From: an uncultured Ignavibacteria bacterium | GTDB lineage: Bacteria > Zixibacteria > MSB-5A5 > CAIYYT01 | Assembly (NCBI GenBank): GCA_964584025.1 | Contig: CAZOYE010000011.1 | Coordinates: 25,588 to 89,587, forward strand | Direction: 5' to 3' | Length of the DNA: 64,000 bases | Shown: positions 1-8,766 of the stretch, in pieces | How positions within the stretch are numbered: position 1 is the first letter of the stretch | Layout: each line of letters starts with the position of its first letter | Notes under the pieces: generated by a model | Database searches by the model: none | Told to the model about the DNA's origin: nothing | Seen by the model: the letters and a program-made list of their open reading frames with translations, nothing else | Translations under genes and position numbers: made by a program

Positions 1-218
1 ATTACGTATCAAGGCATTATAGCGGACACATCATGTTTATAGTTAAATCCGCTTTCGAGTGTGGTTTTACTGTTAATCCAACCTTAACCCACTTAGCCAG
101 TGCGAGATAGCATATTCTCTGCAAGGGAGTGCATAGTGGACTTCCGTGGTAATCCGCTGTGGTGATGTGGAATTGTTGGGATTGCAGAGGCCAGTTTAGG
201 TGGTCTGAGAACCAGTGA

Positions 219-1133
219 CTATCTGGCGAAGCGGAAGGAAGCAGTCAACTGGTGTACGCCTTCCTGGGAGGCCGTGGGCCGGTAGGAATAGTCGAGACCC
301 ATCTGGCCGAAGAAAAGTCCGGCGCCGAGAGACAGGCCGTCAGCAGAAGCACCGTTGTCTTCCAATTCGCTGCTGTAGCCGACGCGAACCGCCAGCGCAG
401 AGCTGTAGAGGTACTCTAAGCCACCACCGAGAACGAAGCCCTCGCCATTGGTCTTGGAACCCGCCACCGAGAAGGTTGATGCACCGAGCGTGCGGTAAGA
501 GGCGCCGAGGCGAAGAGTTGCCGGTAAGTTAATGCTCTCTTCGATATACTTCAGGGAGCCCCCAAGATTGGCGTACTGGAGACCCAGGGAGAGCCGTCCA
601 AACTGGGCCATGGCTCCGGCATCGAAGGTAATTGTGCTTGCAGAATAGTCGGCGAGTTTCTCAATGACCGGCTTGGCGGTCACGCCCACAGAGAGGACGT
701 CGCTTAAGCGCTGCGAGTAGCCGAGGCTGATTTGCATCGAGTAGGCAGACAGGTCGCCGGTAGCGACGCCCGCAACGTCGTAGCCCTGGATGTTTCCATA
801 GCCGAGATAGGTGACACCGATACCAAGTCCCCCGCTGCGCAGTGGGATTGCCAAGCTGAGATTGTCGAGGCGCAGGTCCTGCATCAACTCGGAATGGGTA
901 GCGGAAAGCTCGCCAGTGCCGTTTAAAGCGATTGCTGCCGGGTTGTAGAATAGAGCGGCGGCGCCTGAGGCGTTAGAGACACACGCGTTGCCCAGAGCGG
1001 CCCCACGTGAGTAAACAGGAATATTCAGGAAATCTGCCGCGTGAGTGCCGGAACCGGCAAGGACGTTTCCTGACGCCAGAAACAGGTTGAGGGCGGCGAT
1101 TGCTATGTGTCTAATCCAAGTGAACGAGTTCAT
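219..1133 (-). CDS. PorV/PorQ-family (FadL-like) outer-membrane beta-barrel protein, T9SS-associated
   Basis: N-terminal signal peptide (MNSFTWIRHIAIAALNLFLASGNVLA). Motif YSRGAALGNA...SGAAALFYNPAAIA resembles the PorV/FadL N-terminal signature G.A.GGA...D.SA..WNPAGL. Alternating beta-strand-like composition throughout. Confidence 0.45.
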   Translation of the reverse strand: MNSFTWIRHIAIAALNLFLASGNVLAGSGTHAADFLNIPVYSRGAALGNACVSNASGAAALFYNPAAIALNGTGELSATHSELMQDLRLDNLSLAIPLRSGGLGIGVTYLGYGNIQGYDVAGVATGDLSAYSMQISLGYSQRLSDVLSVGVTAKPVIEKLADYSASTITFDAGAMAQFGRLSLGLQYANLGGSLKYIEESINLPATLRLGASYRTLGASTFSVAGSKTNGEGFVLGGGLEYLYSSALAVRVGYSSELEDNGASADGLSLGAGLFFGQMGLDYSYRPTASQEGVHQLTASFRFAR

Positions 1134-1183
1134 TACACCTCTCCCGTCATCGCAATGTTAGTCCATGTACCCGTCGCCAAGAG

Positions 1184-1200
1184 GGCAACGGATGTGCCAA
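1184..1200 (-). promoter_or_regulatory. sigma-54 (-24/-12) promoter candidate, about 45 nt upstream of the PorV/PorQ-like gene
   Basis: Minus strand reads TTGGCACATCCGTTGCC: TGGCAC-N5-TTGC, with GG and GC at the canonical 12-nt spacing. Confidence 0.5.
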
Positions 1201-1742
1201 GGACCAAACAACGGGATGAGGTGCATGCACTACTACCTTCAGATCCGATGAAGATCATTTCTAACTTTATCCCACACAAGATGTTCCGGAGCGCGCCCAA
1301 AAGCGTTTCGTCCATGCGCCGCCGGTTGACACCGTCTTGAAAGAGCGAAGTAGTATTCCCGCGCGTGTTGAATCGTTCAACAGCTTGGGGAGGCTCGTTG
1401 TACTTAGACAGCCCAACCCATTCTCCGACACCCTCCTATGGCCAAGTGTTCAGAGAATGAACTACTGTTTCTAATGTCGGCATGATCCCGGAGAACTTCA
1501 ATCCTTCAAGATCACCGAAAATGCCATTTCTATATATTGCTGTTCTTGGCCAGCAATGCCACTACAGATAGTTTTTGAGGGATCAAAAGTCAAATAAAAC
1601 TTGTGTTTGGATGCACAGTATCTGCAGGGCGAGGACATGCCGAGGGCCGGTCCGTCGGCGCGATTTAATATTGACTTAAGCGGTCGAAGTTGTTACCTTG
1701 CAGCAGAATACAAGATTCCACATCTATCAATTCGGCGGCAGG

Positions 1743-1758
1743 TGGTACCAACGTCGCC
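1743..1758 (+). promoter_or_regulatory. weaker sigma-54-like -24/-12 element upstream of the LOX/dockerin gene
   Basis: TGGTACcaacgTCGCC: GG/GC spacing is correct, with one mismatch in each element. It lies 25 nt upstream of the ATG at 1783, with an AGGAGA Shine-Dalgarno between. Confidence 0.3.
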
Positions 1759-1782
1759 GCCAATAGCTTCTCAGGAGAACCG

Positions 1783-4650
1783 ATGCGCTTGCGAATTCTA
1801 ATCTCATTCCTGCCCATAGGGCTGCTTGCCTACCAGAGCCTCGAGGCTGATATCAAATCTGCGGGCACTCCGAGCCAGATTATTATCGATCAACACAAAG
1901 CGCAAGGGCTGCCCTACCAGGGGGCGTTGTGGCACGCTGCGGAACAGGAATACATCCGACTTCTGGAGATTTCGCGCAGCCGGCCATCAACATCCAGGGA
2001 CGGCGGCAGCACGGCGGCTAATGCCACGCTGATTAGCAGCAGCAATTACCAGGACAACGGCACAACCGTCGGCAAAGGTAACGACGCGTCGATCACTTCG
2101 TGTACAAGCGGCGGCAACGATACAGCGGAAGATGCCTGGTATCGGCTTGAGTTAAGCGAACCCTCCATCGTCGACGTTTGGACGACGTGTGCTGCTTCGG
2201 GCCCACCGAGCTATGATACGCGCTTGGCGATCTTCAACGGCCAGTTTGCTCTCGTCGCCTGCAACGATGATGATCCTGCTTGCGGCAGCCCGAACCTGCA
2301 ATCGAAGATCGAGAGTCAGGCGTTAGGCGCCGGCATCTACTACGTCGTGGTCGACGGCTATAACGGCGCTTCGGGTCCTTACCAGTTGAACGTCGAGTGG
2401 AGCGCCGCGCCGCCGCCTTGCGCGAGCGGATCAAATCAGTCGAATGCGGAAGCGATCTCTTCCCTGCCGTTCAGTGACACGGGCACAACGGCGGGAACGT
2501 GCAATGATATCATCATCCAGTGTGAAAGCAGCGGACCGGACACAGCCCAGGATTACTGGTACTCGGTCGAATTGGATACCACGATGCTGCTAACCGTATG
2601 GACGACGTGCGGACCGCAATATCACGACAGCAAGCTGGCGATCCTGGATTCCAATCTCAATCAGCTCTACTGCAATGACGACAATCCGGGCTGCCCGAAC
2701 GATCAATCGCGGATTTCGCAAGCAGCGCTCCTGCCGGGCGTATATTACGTCATTGTCGACGGCTACCATGCCGAGGCCGGAGACTACGAAATCAACATCG
2801 AGGGTGTTCCGTATGATAGTTCGGTTATCGACACTCTGATGCCTGACATTATTATTCGGGAGGATGACCTCTACGATAACGAAATCTCGACCTCGGTGGT
2901 ACCGGGCCGGCGCCATCTGAAGTTGTCAAACGCGACGCCGAACCTGGGACCCGGGAAGCTCTACCTGTACGGTGTGTTGCCGGGTAATCCAGACGGCACG
3001 CAGGATGTACGGCAGCGAGTGTACCGCAGCGACGGGAGTTTCTTTGATCGCACGGCGGGCAAATTCATCTATCATCCCGGACACGATCATATTCATGTCG
3101 AGAATTGGGCGCAGTTCCGCCTGCGGGAGTTTCTCGCGGATTCGAGTATGGGAGCAATAATCGCAGAGGGCGAGAAGACAAGCTTCTGTATTCTCGATCT
3201 CGGAATCTACAACAGTTCACTTCCCAATTTTGACCCGGATGGTCAATTCCACTCGTGTTCGGGGACGATTCAAGGGCTGTCGGTCGGCTGGGTGGATATC
3301 TACAGTAAGGATCTGCCGGGACAGAATATTGACATCACAGACGTGCCGGATGGAATTTACTGGCTGGAATCGGTGGTTGATCCCGACAGCAATATTCTCG
3401 AAGAAAACGAAGCGAATAACGCATCGCGGATCATCGTGACGCTGGGCGACGGTCCCTTCGCGGTGGCGGATGCTTACGAGCCGAATGATTCATTCGCAGT
3501 CGTTGATTTGCGTCCGGTGGGCACCAACAACAGCCCGAATCTTGGGCCATGCAATCCGGAGCGCACAATTAGCGGACTGAGCATTCATAGCGCGAACAAT
3601 GATGACTACTATCGTTTCTACATGAATGAGACCGGCGGGAGCGGCGATTTCGTCAAGATCAATTTCAATAACGCCGTCGGTGACCTTGATCTCGAGTTGT
3701 ACTTTGGATCGCGATCGTTGGTGGCGATCTCGGCGACATCGGCGGATTCGGAATTTGTGTCAATGTCGGGGCGACCGCAAGGCTGGTACTATGTGAGGGT
3801 AAAGGGCTTCCAGGGAGCGATCAATCCGACGTATTCACTGACGATCAATCCCTCAACAAATGGCGCGCCGGCGGTGACCGTGGTTGATCCTCCGGTGGGG
3901 GACACCACGATGGTGCACGGTGTGGATACCTACAACGTGACGTGGAACTACGGCGATCCGGAAAACGACGAATGCTGGGTGACGGTGTACGTTAACGATA
4001 CCGCTGCTTTCAACGGTCAGGAACTGCTTCTGCCGACGTCTCTAAACGCGGCTGCCGCGCAACAGTTTTACATCGTCAATTCGGCTTACGTGCCGGAGCA
4101 TACGCCACTCTGGGTCTACTGCTCGATAACTGATGGCGGGACGACGACGGGCACGTGGTCGCAGGGCACGGTGACGTTCGTGGACCAGGCACACACGCAC
4201 GGATTGATTTCGGGGACGGTGATCGATGTCGATTCCCTGCCAATCGCGGATGCCGAGGTGGTCCTGAGCAATCATGCGCAGCGCGACACGACCGATGCCT
4301 TGGGAAATTTCCAGATCAACAACATCGAACCGGGATTCTACTCGCTAACGATATCGCATCCGGTCTATGGCGACACGACGCTGACGGACGTGATGATCAA
4401 CATCGCCGGGATCAAATCAAAGATCATTATGCTGGGCTGTGATTACGTCGCCGGCGACGCCGATGGTTCGAAATTAGTCAATATCTCGGACGCCGTTGCA
4501 CTGATTACCTACATCTTTGCAGGCGGACCAGCGCCGGATCCTGTGGAAGCCGGCGATGCCGACTGCAGCGGTACGGTCAATATCAGCGATGCCGTGTACT
4601 TGATTACCTACATCTTCGGTTCTGGCCCGGTGCCGTGCGGAGGGTGTTGA
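1783..4650 (+). CDS. secreted multidomain protein: 2x PPC-like domains, lysyl-oxidase-like catalytic domain, PPC domain, carboxypeptidase-regulatory-like domain, C-terminal tandem dockerin-like repeat
   Basis: The ORF-track frame runs 1690..4650; the likely start is the internal ATG at 1783 (MRLRILISFLPIGLLAYQSLEA signal peptide, AGGAGA RBS). Two repeats, DTAEDAWYRLEL...YYVVVDGY and DTAQDYWYSVEL...YYVIVDGY, look like PPC domains. HPGHDHIHVENW...KTSFCILD...GLSVGWVDIY...NIDITDVPDGIYWL matches the lysyl oxidase copper/LTQ region of animal LOX (WEWHSCHQHYH...ASFCLED...IDITDV). DAYEPNDSFAVV...DDYYRFY is a PPC domain. GTVIDVDSLPIADAEVVL...GNFQINNIEPGFYSLTISHPVYG looks like a CarboxypepD_reg domain. 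The C-terminus GDADGSKLVNISDAVALITYIF...GDADCSGTVNISDAVYLITYIFGSGPVPCGGC resembles a dockerin calcium loop repeated twice. Confidence 0.8.
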   Translation: MRLRILISFLPIGLLAYQSLEADIKSAGTPSQIIIDQHKAQGLPYQGALWHAAEQEYIRLLEISRSRPSTSRDGGSTAANATLISSSNYQDNGTTVGKGNDASITSCTSGGNDTAEDAWYRLELSEPSIVDVWTTCAASGPPSYDTRLAIFNGQFALVACNDDDPACGSPNLQSKIESQALGAGIYYVVVDGYNGASGPYQLNVEWSAAPPPCASGSNQSNAEAISSLPFSDTGTTAGTCNDIIIQCESSGPDTAQDYWYSVELDTTMLLTVWTTCGPQYHDSKLAILDSNLNQLYCNDDNPGCPNDQSRISQAALLPGVYYVIVDGYHAEAGDYEINIEGVPYDSSVIDTLMPDIIIREDDLYDNEISTSVVPGRRHLKLSNATPNLGPGKLYLYGVLPGNPDGTQDVRQRVYRSDGSFFDRTAGKFIYHPGHDHIHVENWAQFRLREFLADSSMGAIIAEGEKTSFCILDLGIYNSSLPNFDPDGQFHSCSGTIQGLSVGWVDIYSKDLPGQNIDITDVPDGIYWLESVVDPDSNILEENEANNASRIIVTLGDGPFAVADAYEPNDSFAVVDLRPVGTNNSPNLGPCNPERTISGLSIHSANNDDYYRFYMNETGGSGDFVKINFNNAVGDLDLELYFGSRSLVAISATSADSEFVSMSGRPQGWYYVRVKGFQGAINPTYSLTINPSTNGAPAVTVVDPPVGDTTMVHGVDTYNVTWNYGDPENDECWVTVYVNDTAAFNGQELLLPTSLNAAAAQQFYIVNSAYVPEHTPLWVYCSITDGGTTTGTWSQGTVTFVDQAHTHGLISGTVIDVDSLPIADAEVVLSNHAQRDTTDALGNFQINNIEPGFYSLTISHPVYGDTTLTDVMINIAGIKSKIIMLGCDYVAGDADGSKLVNISDAVALITYIFAGGPAPDPVEAGDADCSGTVNISDAVYLITYIFGSGPVPCGGC

Positions 4651-4686
4651 GGGGGGACTCTCAAAATCATGATAAGACCAGAAACG

Positions 4687-4724
4687 CAAAAAGCGTCCCG
4701 GGCGACCGGGACGCTTTCTTTTTG
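4687..4724. terminator. bidirectional Rho-independent terminator between convergent genes
   Basis: Perfect 10-bp stem AGCGTCCCGG/CCGGGACGCT (4692-4701 / 4706-4715) with a 4-nt loop, flanked by an A5 run upstream and TTCTTTTT downstream. Confidence 0.75.
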
Positions 4725-4749
4725 AATCCTATGTCGAATCTGACGATCG

Positions 4750-5193
4750 CTACTTCTTCCTCATGAAGACCATTGCTTTGAGGCGATTCTTCGGGAGCGG
4801 CGCCGGTTTCGGCTGGCCGGGTATGAAGACTTCGCTCGGATTAATCTTCTTGGAAAGCTCGCGGGGAATCTGCTTGGACGAGACGAAGTCGAATTTTTCG
4901 AAATACTTCGGCATGTCGGTGGCGAGCCAGACCGTGTCGGGTCCGTGCTCAAGCAGTTTCTTGACGATCAGCTTTCCCCAGCCCTTGCCGCGGAACTCTT
5001 CGGCGACGCCGAGCAGTTCAAGCTCAGTATAGCCGTCGTTGGCGCGCATGGCTCCAAATCCAAGGATCCGTTCATCATTCTTGAGAATGGTGAAGGAGTC
5101 GGGTGGTAGATCGGTCGGCGCGAGATCAAATTTTTCCACCATCCGCATGACCTGCCGGAATTCCATTTCCGACGGTTTCTTGAAGATCAACAT
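4750..5193 (-). CDS. GNAT family N-acetyltransferase
   Basis: Acetyl-CoA-binding motif LLGVAEEFRGKGWGKLIVKKLLE. Start taken at the internal Met (MLIFKK) rather than the longer ORF-track start. Confidence 0.7.
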   Translation of the reverse strand: MLIFKKPSEMEFRQVMRMVEKFDLAPTDLPPDSFTILKNDERILGFGAMRANDGYTELELLGVAEEFRGKGWGKLIVKKLLEHGPDTVWLATDMPKYFEKFDFVSSKQIPRELSKKINPSEVFIPGQPKPAPLPKNRLKAMVFMRKK

Positions 5194-5322
5194 CCTTTCC
5201 CTCCGGGACAATCTCGCAAAAATACGGCATTTGGACGAATCTGACGGCTTTCGCCGTTGCGTCCAAGAGCCCACCTTGACTTAACAGCTACATATTATAC
5301 GATATTTTCGCTCTTTTTCAAG

Positions 5323-5721
5323 CTAAATCTTGATACGGTCGGCGTGCTGACCGATAAACGGGATCGTAAACTCTTTTCCCTGAAGGGAATACAAGATTCC
5401 AAAGACTGCGGATCCGATCGAGAGAATCAGCAATATCCCCCAAAACAGGTTGGAAATAATGTCGAACATAAAGAAGATAGCAAGTATCTCGATAAAGAGC
5501 AGGATCAGACCTTGCTTTCCGTGACGGAATGCAAACTTATTGTGTCGCATTTTGATGAGAGGGACAAAGCAGAGAAACGGGACGTAGCCGAGAATAGCGG
5601 CCGCCTTGCCCTCTTCGATCATTTCCTCTTCACTCGAGTAATGCCTTGCCTCGGCTTCCGGGCCGGAATCGCCAGAATACGTTGCGTCGTCGCCGGTATT
5701 CTCGAATTCTCTATCATCCAT
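5323..5721 (-). CDS. DUF4870-family small membrane protein
   Basis: Acidic N-terminus followed by two transmembrane helices (ILGYVPFLCFVPLI ... LILLFIEILAIFFMF ... GILLILSIGSAVFGILY), which is the DUF4870 topology. Confidence 0.55.
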   Translation of the reverse strand: MDDREFENTGDDATYSGDSGPEAEARHYSSEEEMIEEGKAAAILGYVPFLCFVPLIKMRHNKFAFRHGKQGLILLFIEILAIFFMFDIISNLFWGILLILSIGSAVFGILYSLQGKEFTIPFIGQHADRIKI

Positions 5722-5736
5722 GAGGCCGCCTTCCGC

Positions 5737-7887
5737 CTAAACTTGCCAGAAATGCGCCTGCCCGGGGTCGGGCAGTTCCATCGCTATATAATTGGCCTCG
5801 GGCCATCTTTCAACAATTTTTTCGTTTTCGGCGCAGGCGACGGCGAAGTAGAGATGGCGGTCTTCGGTGAATTTCAACATATCGCGCGGCACCGCGACTT
5901 CGACGATTTGCTCCCAACGTGACTTGGGAGCGATTCCGGCATAGGGTGCACCGCCATCGATGCGGACTTGCGCTTCCGTCTGCGTGATGTCGATCGTCGC
6001 CTTGATGGCGCAGGCGATTTCGAGGCGGATCATGGTTGTTGCCGGTTCGATCGCAGCTTCCCTGTCGAAATCGATGCGGAAATAGAGATACTTGTCGTCG
6101 TAGCCGAAGAGAATGTGCGCAATCCGATTGTCGACACGGTGCATCGCGCCGCCGAGCTTGCTGCACTCGATTCTTCCAGCGCCGAACCACTCAAAGAAGC
6201 TGGTCTGGCGGCCGTCGATTGCGGGATGCAGGTAGTCGGTTGGTTCCTGGACTCCGGGCAAACGCGGGATGCGACGGATCGGACGAAGCAGCGCCAGCGG
6301 CGGCTCGATGCCGAGAGACTCCCAAATGTTCTGCAGATGCCGGCGGAAAAGCGCATCGAAGAGCTGGAAGTGGTCAGTCTGGTGTTCGTCGCCGTACCAC
6401 CAACACCAATCCGAGCCTTCGGCGATGTAGATCTCTTTCCAGCAGAACTCAAGGGTCGCTGCGTCAGGCGGGTCGGCGGAGTTCTGGCGTTCGACGAGTA
6501 TATCGCGGGTCTGAGTCAGCAGGTCCCAGGCGGCGTTATCCTCGGTATGCCCGATCCAGACGCGGAAATTGTGATTAATCCACGAGCCGGGAAAAAGGTG
6601 CGGCAGGTGATGGACGGTTGTGGAGCCGTCGAGAAGCTGTCGGGGAGTTACGGTCTCGATCGACAGTTCACGTTCGAGGCGGCTGTAGAGCGCACGCAGG
6701 AAGTCGTGTCCGTCGTTGGGGTAGTACTCCCAGGCATTCTCGCCGTCGAGAATAATCGAAACGACAGCCTCCTCCCCATTTGCTTTGTATAGCTTGTCGA
6801 GTTGGCGCAGATTGGCGATGAAATCGTCGGCGGCTTTCTCGGCGTTCCAACCGGAATAGACAAAGCCGATTTTGTCGGACATTTTGTGATCGCGGAAGAG
6901 AATCCCGAGCGGCGGCTCACCATCTCCCACGCTGAAGGCGCGATGGAAGCCGTTGCCGGCCACGTCAAGTTTGATGCCGCGATCTGCGGCGAGGCGAACG
7001 GAAGCCTGGTAGATTTCTTCATCGGTGGCGATCCAGCGCACACCGTGCTTGCGCAAGATGGGAAGGATCGACTCGGAGACGGAGCCTTCAGAGGGCCACA
7101 TGCCGAGTGCGGAATCCCCAAAGAGGCTGCGGTAGAGTTCAACCGAACGACGCACCTGCTCGTCGGCGTCCTCCGGGTGCGCGAAGCGCCGTTTCGGAAG
7201 CTCCATGTTGGGCAGCGCGGCGCGGGCGATTTCATGGTCGATCAGCAGCGGCAGGATCGGGTGATAATAGGGTGTGAACGACACTTCGATCTTGCCGGAA
7301 GCCGCGCGTTTCTGGTGTTCGGGAATGATCCGACCCAGCAGTTCGATCTGGAAATCAAGCAATGCGAGCTTTTCTTCCTCCGTGATATTGCGGCCGCGGG
7401 CGTAGAGCGGTTTGACCCGAGGATCGGAGCGAAACATCGGATCGACCCAGACGGCATTGGCCCAGAATTGCAGGTCGCATAGATCCTGCTCGCTGATGGC
7501 ACCGAGGCGCCGGCGTTGCGTGGCCTCTCGCGCCCGCTGTTGGAGTTCGAGGTACCGCGGGTAGGGTTTGATCATCGTCGCCTGATGTGCCGAGAAGAAG
7601 GTCTCGAGAATTTCGAACTTTTCGTCGTCGTGCAGTTCACCGGCGTTCTTGCGCGAAAGTTTCAGATGGCGGTCTTCGGCGCCGTTTTCGACGTAGTCGA
7701 CAATTTGATCAAGAAGCGATGGGACGAGATTGAACGTTTGCCGCAAGCGCGGGAATTCGTCCAGGATCAGCAGCATGTCGAGGTAGTCTTTGGCGCCGTG
7801 CAGACGGACCCACGGCATGAGGATTTCGCCCGACTTTGGATCCTTGTAGAAGGGCTGATGCATGTGCCAGATGAATACCAGCTTCAT
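5737..7887 (-). CDS. glycoside hydrolase family 57 protein (alpha-glucan branching/amylase-type)
   Basis: N-terminal KLVFIWHMHQPFY is the GH57 hallmark motif. 716 aa, consistent with a GH57 catalytic region plus C-terminal domain. Confidence 0.85.
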   Translation of the reverse strand: MKLVFIWHMHQPFYKDPKSGEILMPWVRLHGAKDYLDMLLILDEFPRLRQTFNLVPSLLDQIVDYVENGAEDRHLKLSRKNAGELHDDEKFEILETFFSAHQATMIKPYPRYLELQQRAREATQRRRLGAISEQDLCDLQFWANAVWVDPMFRSDPRVKPLYARGRNITEEEKLALLDFQIELLGRIIPEHQKRAASGKIEVSFTPYYHPILPLLIDHEIARAALPNMELPKRRFAHPEDADEQVRRSVELYRSLFGDSALGMWPSEGSVSESILPILRKHGVRWIATDEEIYQASVRLAADRGIKLDVAGNGFHRAFSVGDGEPPLGILFRDHKMSDKIGFVYSGWNAEKAADDFIANLRQLDKLYKANGEEAVVSIILDGENAWEYYPNDGHDFLRALYSRLERELSIETVTPRQLLDGSTTVHHLPHLFPGSWINHNFRVWIGHTEDNAAWDLLTQTRDILVERQNSADPPDAATLEFCWKEIYIAEGSDWCWWYGDEHQTDHFQLFDALFRRHLQNIWESLGIEPPLALLRPIRRIPRLPGVQEPTDYLHPAIDGRQTSFFEWFGAGRIECSKLGGAMHRVDNRIAHILFGYDDKYLYFRIDFDREAAIEPATTMIRLEIACAIKATIDITQTEAQVRIDGGAPYAGIAPKSRWEQIVEVAVPRDMLKFTEDRHLYFAVACAENEKIVERWPEANYIAMELPDPGQAHFWQV

Positions 7888-7905
7888 CGGCGAAACGCAG
7901 CTTTC

Positions 7906-8604
7906 TTATTTAAAGTCGCCCTGGTCGTAAGTCAGGATGCCCTTTTCGATCAGGATGATCCGGGCACTGCGATAGCGTTCCGAAGTGGTGCTCCGCTTGC
8001 CGAGCAGGTTGAAGGCCTCCTTGGCGGCGGTGGCGTCGCCAGCCTTGACGGCGTTCTCGACGGCATCGAAGAGGTCCTCGTCGTAGGTAGATGCCAGGGT
8101 GTCCGCCTTAGCGACTTCGAGGAAGCTCGCGGCGGCTTCCTGATAGCGCGCCTGGCCGGCGAGCGAGGCCGCGACACCGCGCCGGGCGGAGTGGCGGAAA
8201 TAGTTATCGATGGCGTACTTGTCGACATAGGTCTTGAAGGCCTGCTCGGCTTTGGCATAGTCGCCGGTCTGATACAGCAAGTTGGCCAGTTTAAAAGCGG
8301 CCTGAGCAGCGGCCGGAGTCGAGCCGTACTTGTTAATAACTTCCTCAAAATCGGTGACGGCCAGCTGAGTCTGGTTGGTGCGCATTTCGACCTCAGCACG
8401 TCCCAGCAGTTCGGCGGCCTTCTCTTCGGCGCTGCCAGCCTGCGCGACGTAGACCCAAATAGCGATGGCGATGACGAGCACGGCGACGACGCCGATCACG
8501 ATGTTCTTGAGATTTCCCTCGGCCCACTCTTCCAGTTTGAACATCCCAGTGACGAACTGATCTTCCTTCATTTCGTGCTTGGAGATTCTCTTCTTGGTCG
8601 TCAT
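7906..8604 (-). CDS. membrane-anchored TPR protein (YfgM-like)
   Basis: Single N-terminal transmembrane helix (IVIGVVAVLVIAIAIWVYV) followed by TPR-like Ala-rich repeats. It sits 19 nt upstream of GH57 in the same orientation. Confidence 0.55.
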   Translation of the reverse strand: MTTKKRISKHEMKEDQFVTGMFKLEEWAEGNLKNIVIGVVAVLVIAIAIWVYVAQAGSAEEKAAELLGRAEVEMRTNQTQLAVTDFEEVINKYGSTPAAAQAAFKLANLLYQTGDYAKAEQAFKTYVDKYAIDNYFRHSARRGVAASLAGQARYQEAAASFLEVAKADTLASTYDEDLFDAVENAVKAGDATAAKEAFNLLGKRSTTSERYRSARIILIEKGILTYDQGDFK

Positions 8605-8704
8605 CTAATCCATGGCTCCTGCTTAATCACTACGAATTTATCGACAGTTCTAACAAGACTCATAAGTTAAGGAATTCTTCGGATTTATCAACAGAAATTT
8701 AGGC

Positions 8705-8741
8705 GGAAAAAGCAGCGGGCGGGATAGCGTATCCCGCCCGC
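8705..8741 (-). terminator. Rho-independent terminator downstream of the PorV-like gene
   Basis: 10-bp perfect stem GCGGGCGGGA/TCCCGCCCGC (8715-8724 / 8732-8741) with a 7-nt loop. The A5 run on the plus strand (8706-8710) gives a T-run after the hairpin on the minus strand. Confidence 0.7.
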
Positions 8742-8766
8742 GGGTTGTCCGTTAAATCGTTGTCGC

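Noticed and set aside
1707-1721. 15-nt exact repeat GAATACAAGATTCCA also present at 5386-5400
   Set aside because: For a 64-kb window, several chance 15-mer matches are expected (order of 5-10 pairs). There is no flanking similarity.
5257-5922. 221-aa plus-strand ORF spanning the GNAT-DUF4870-GH57 junctions
   Set aside because: Crosses two intergenic regions on the wrong strand. No RBS, no domains. Likely non-coding.
5968-6792. 274-aa plus-strand ORF (and several 100-200 aa ORFs) inside the GH57 gene
   Set aside because: Antisense or alternate-frame ORFs with Arg-rich, composition-biased translations. GH57 on the minus strand is unambiguous.
7516-8670. 384-aa plus-strand ORF antisense to GH57 and the TPR gene
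   Set aside because: Same reasoning as above: GC-driven open frame on the opposite strand of strongly supported genes.
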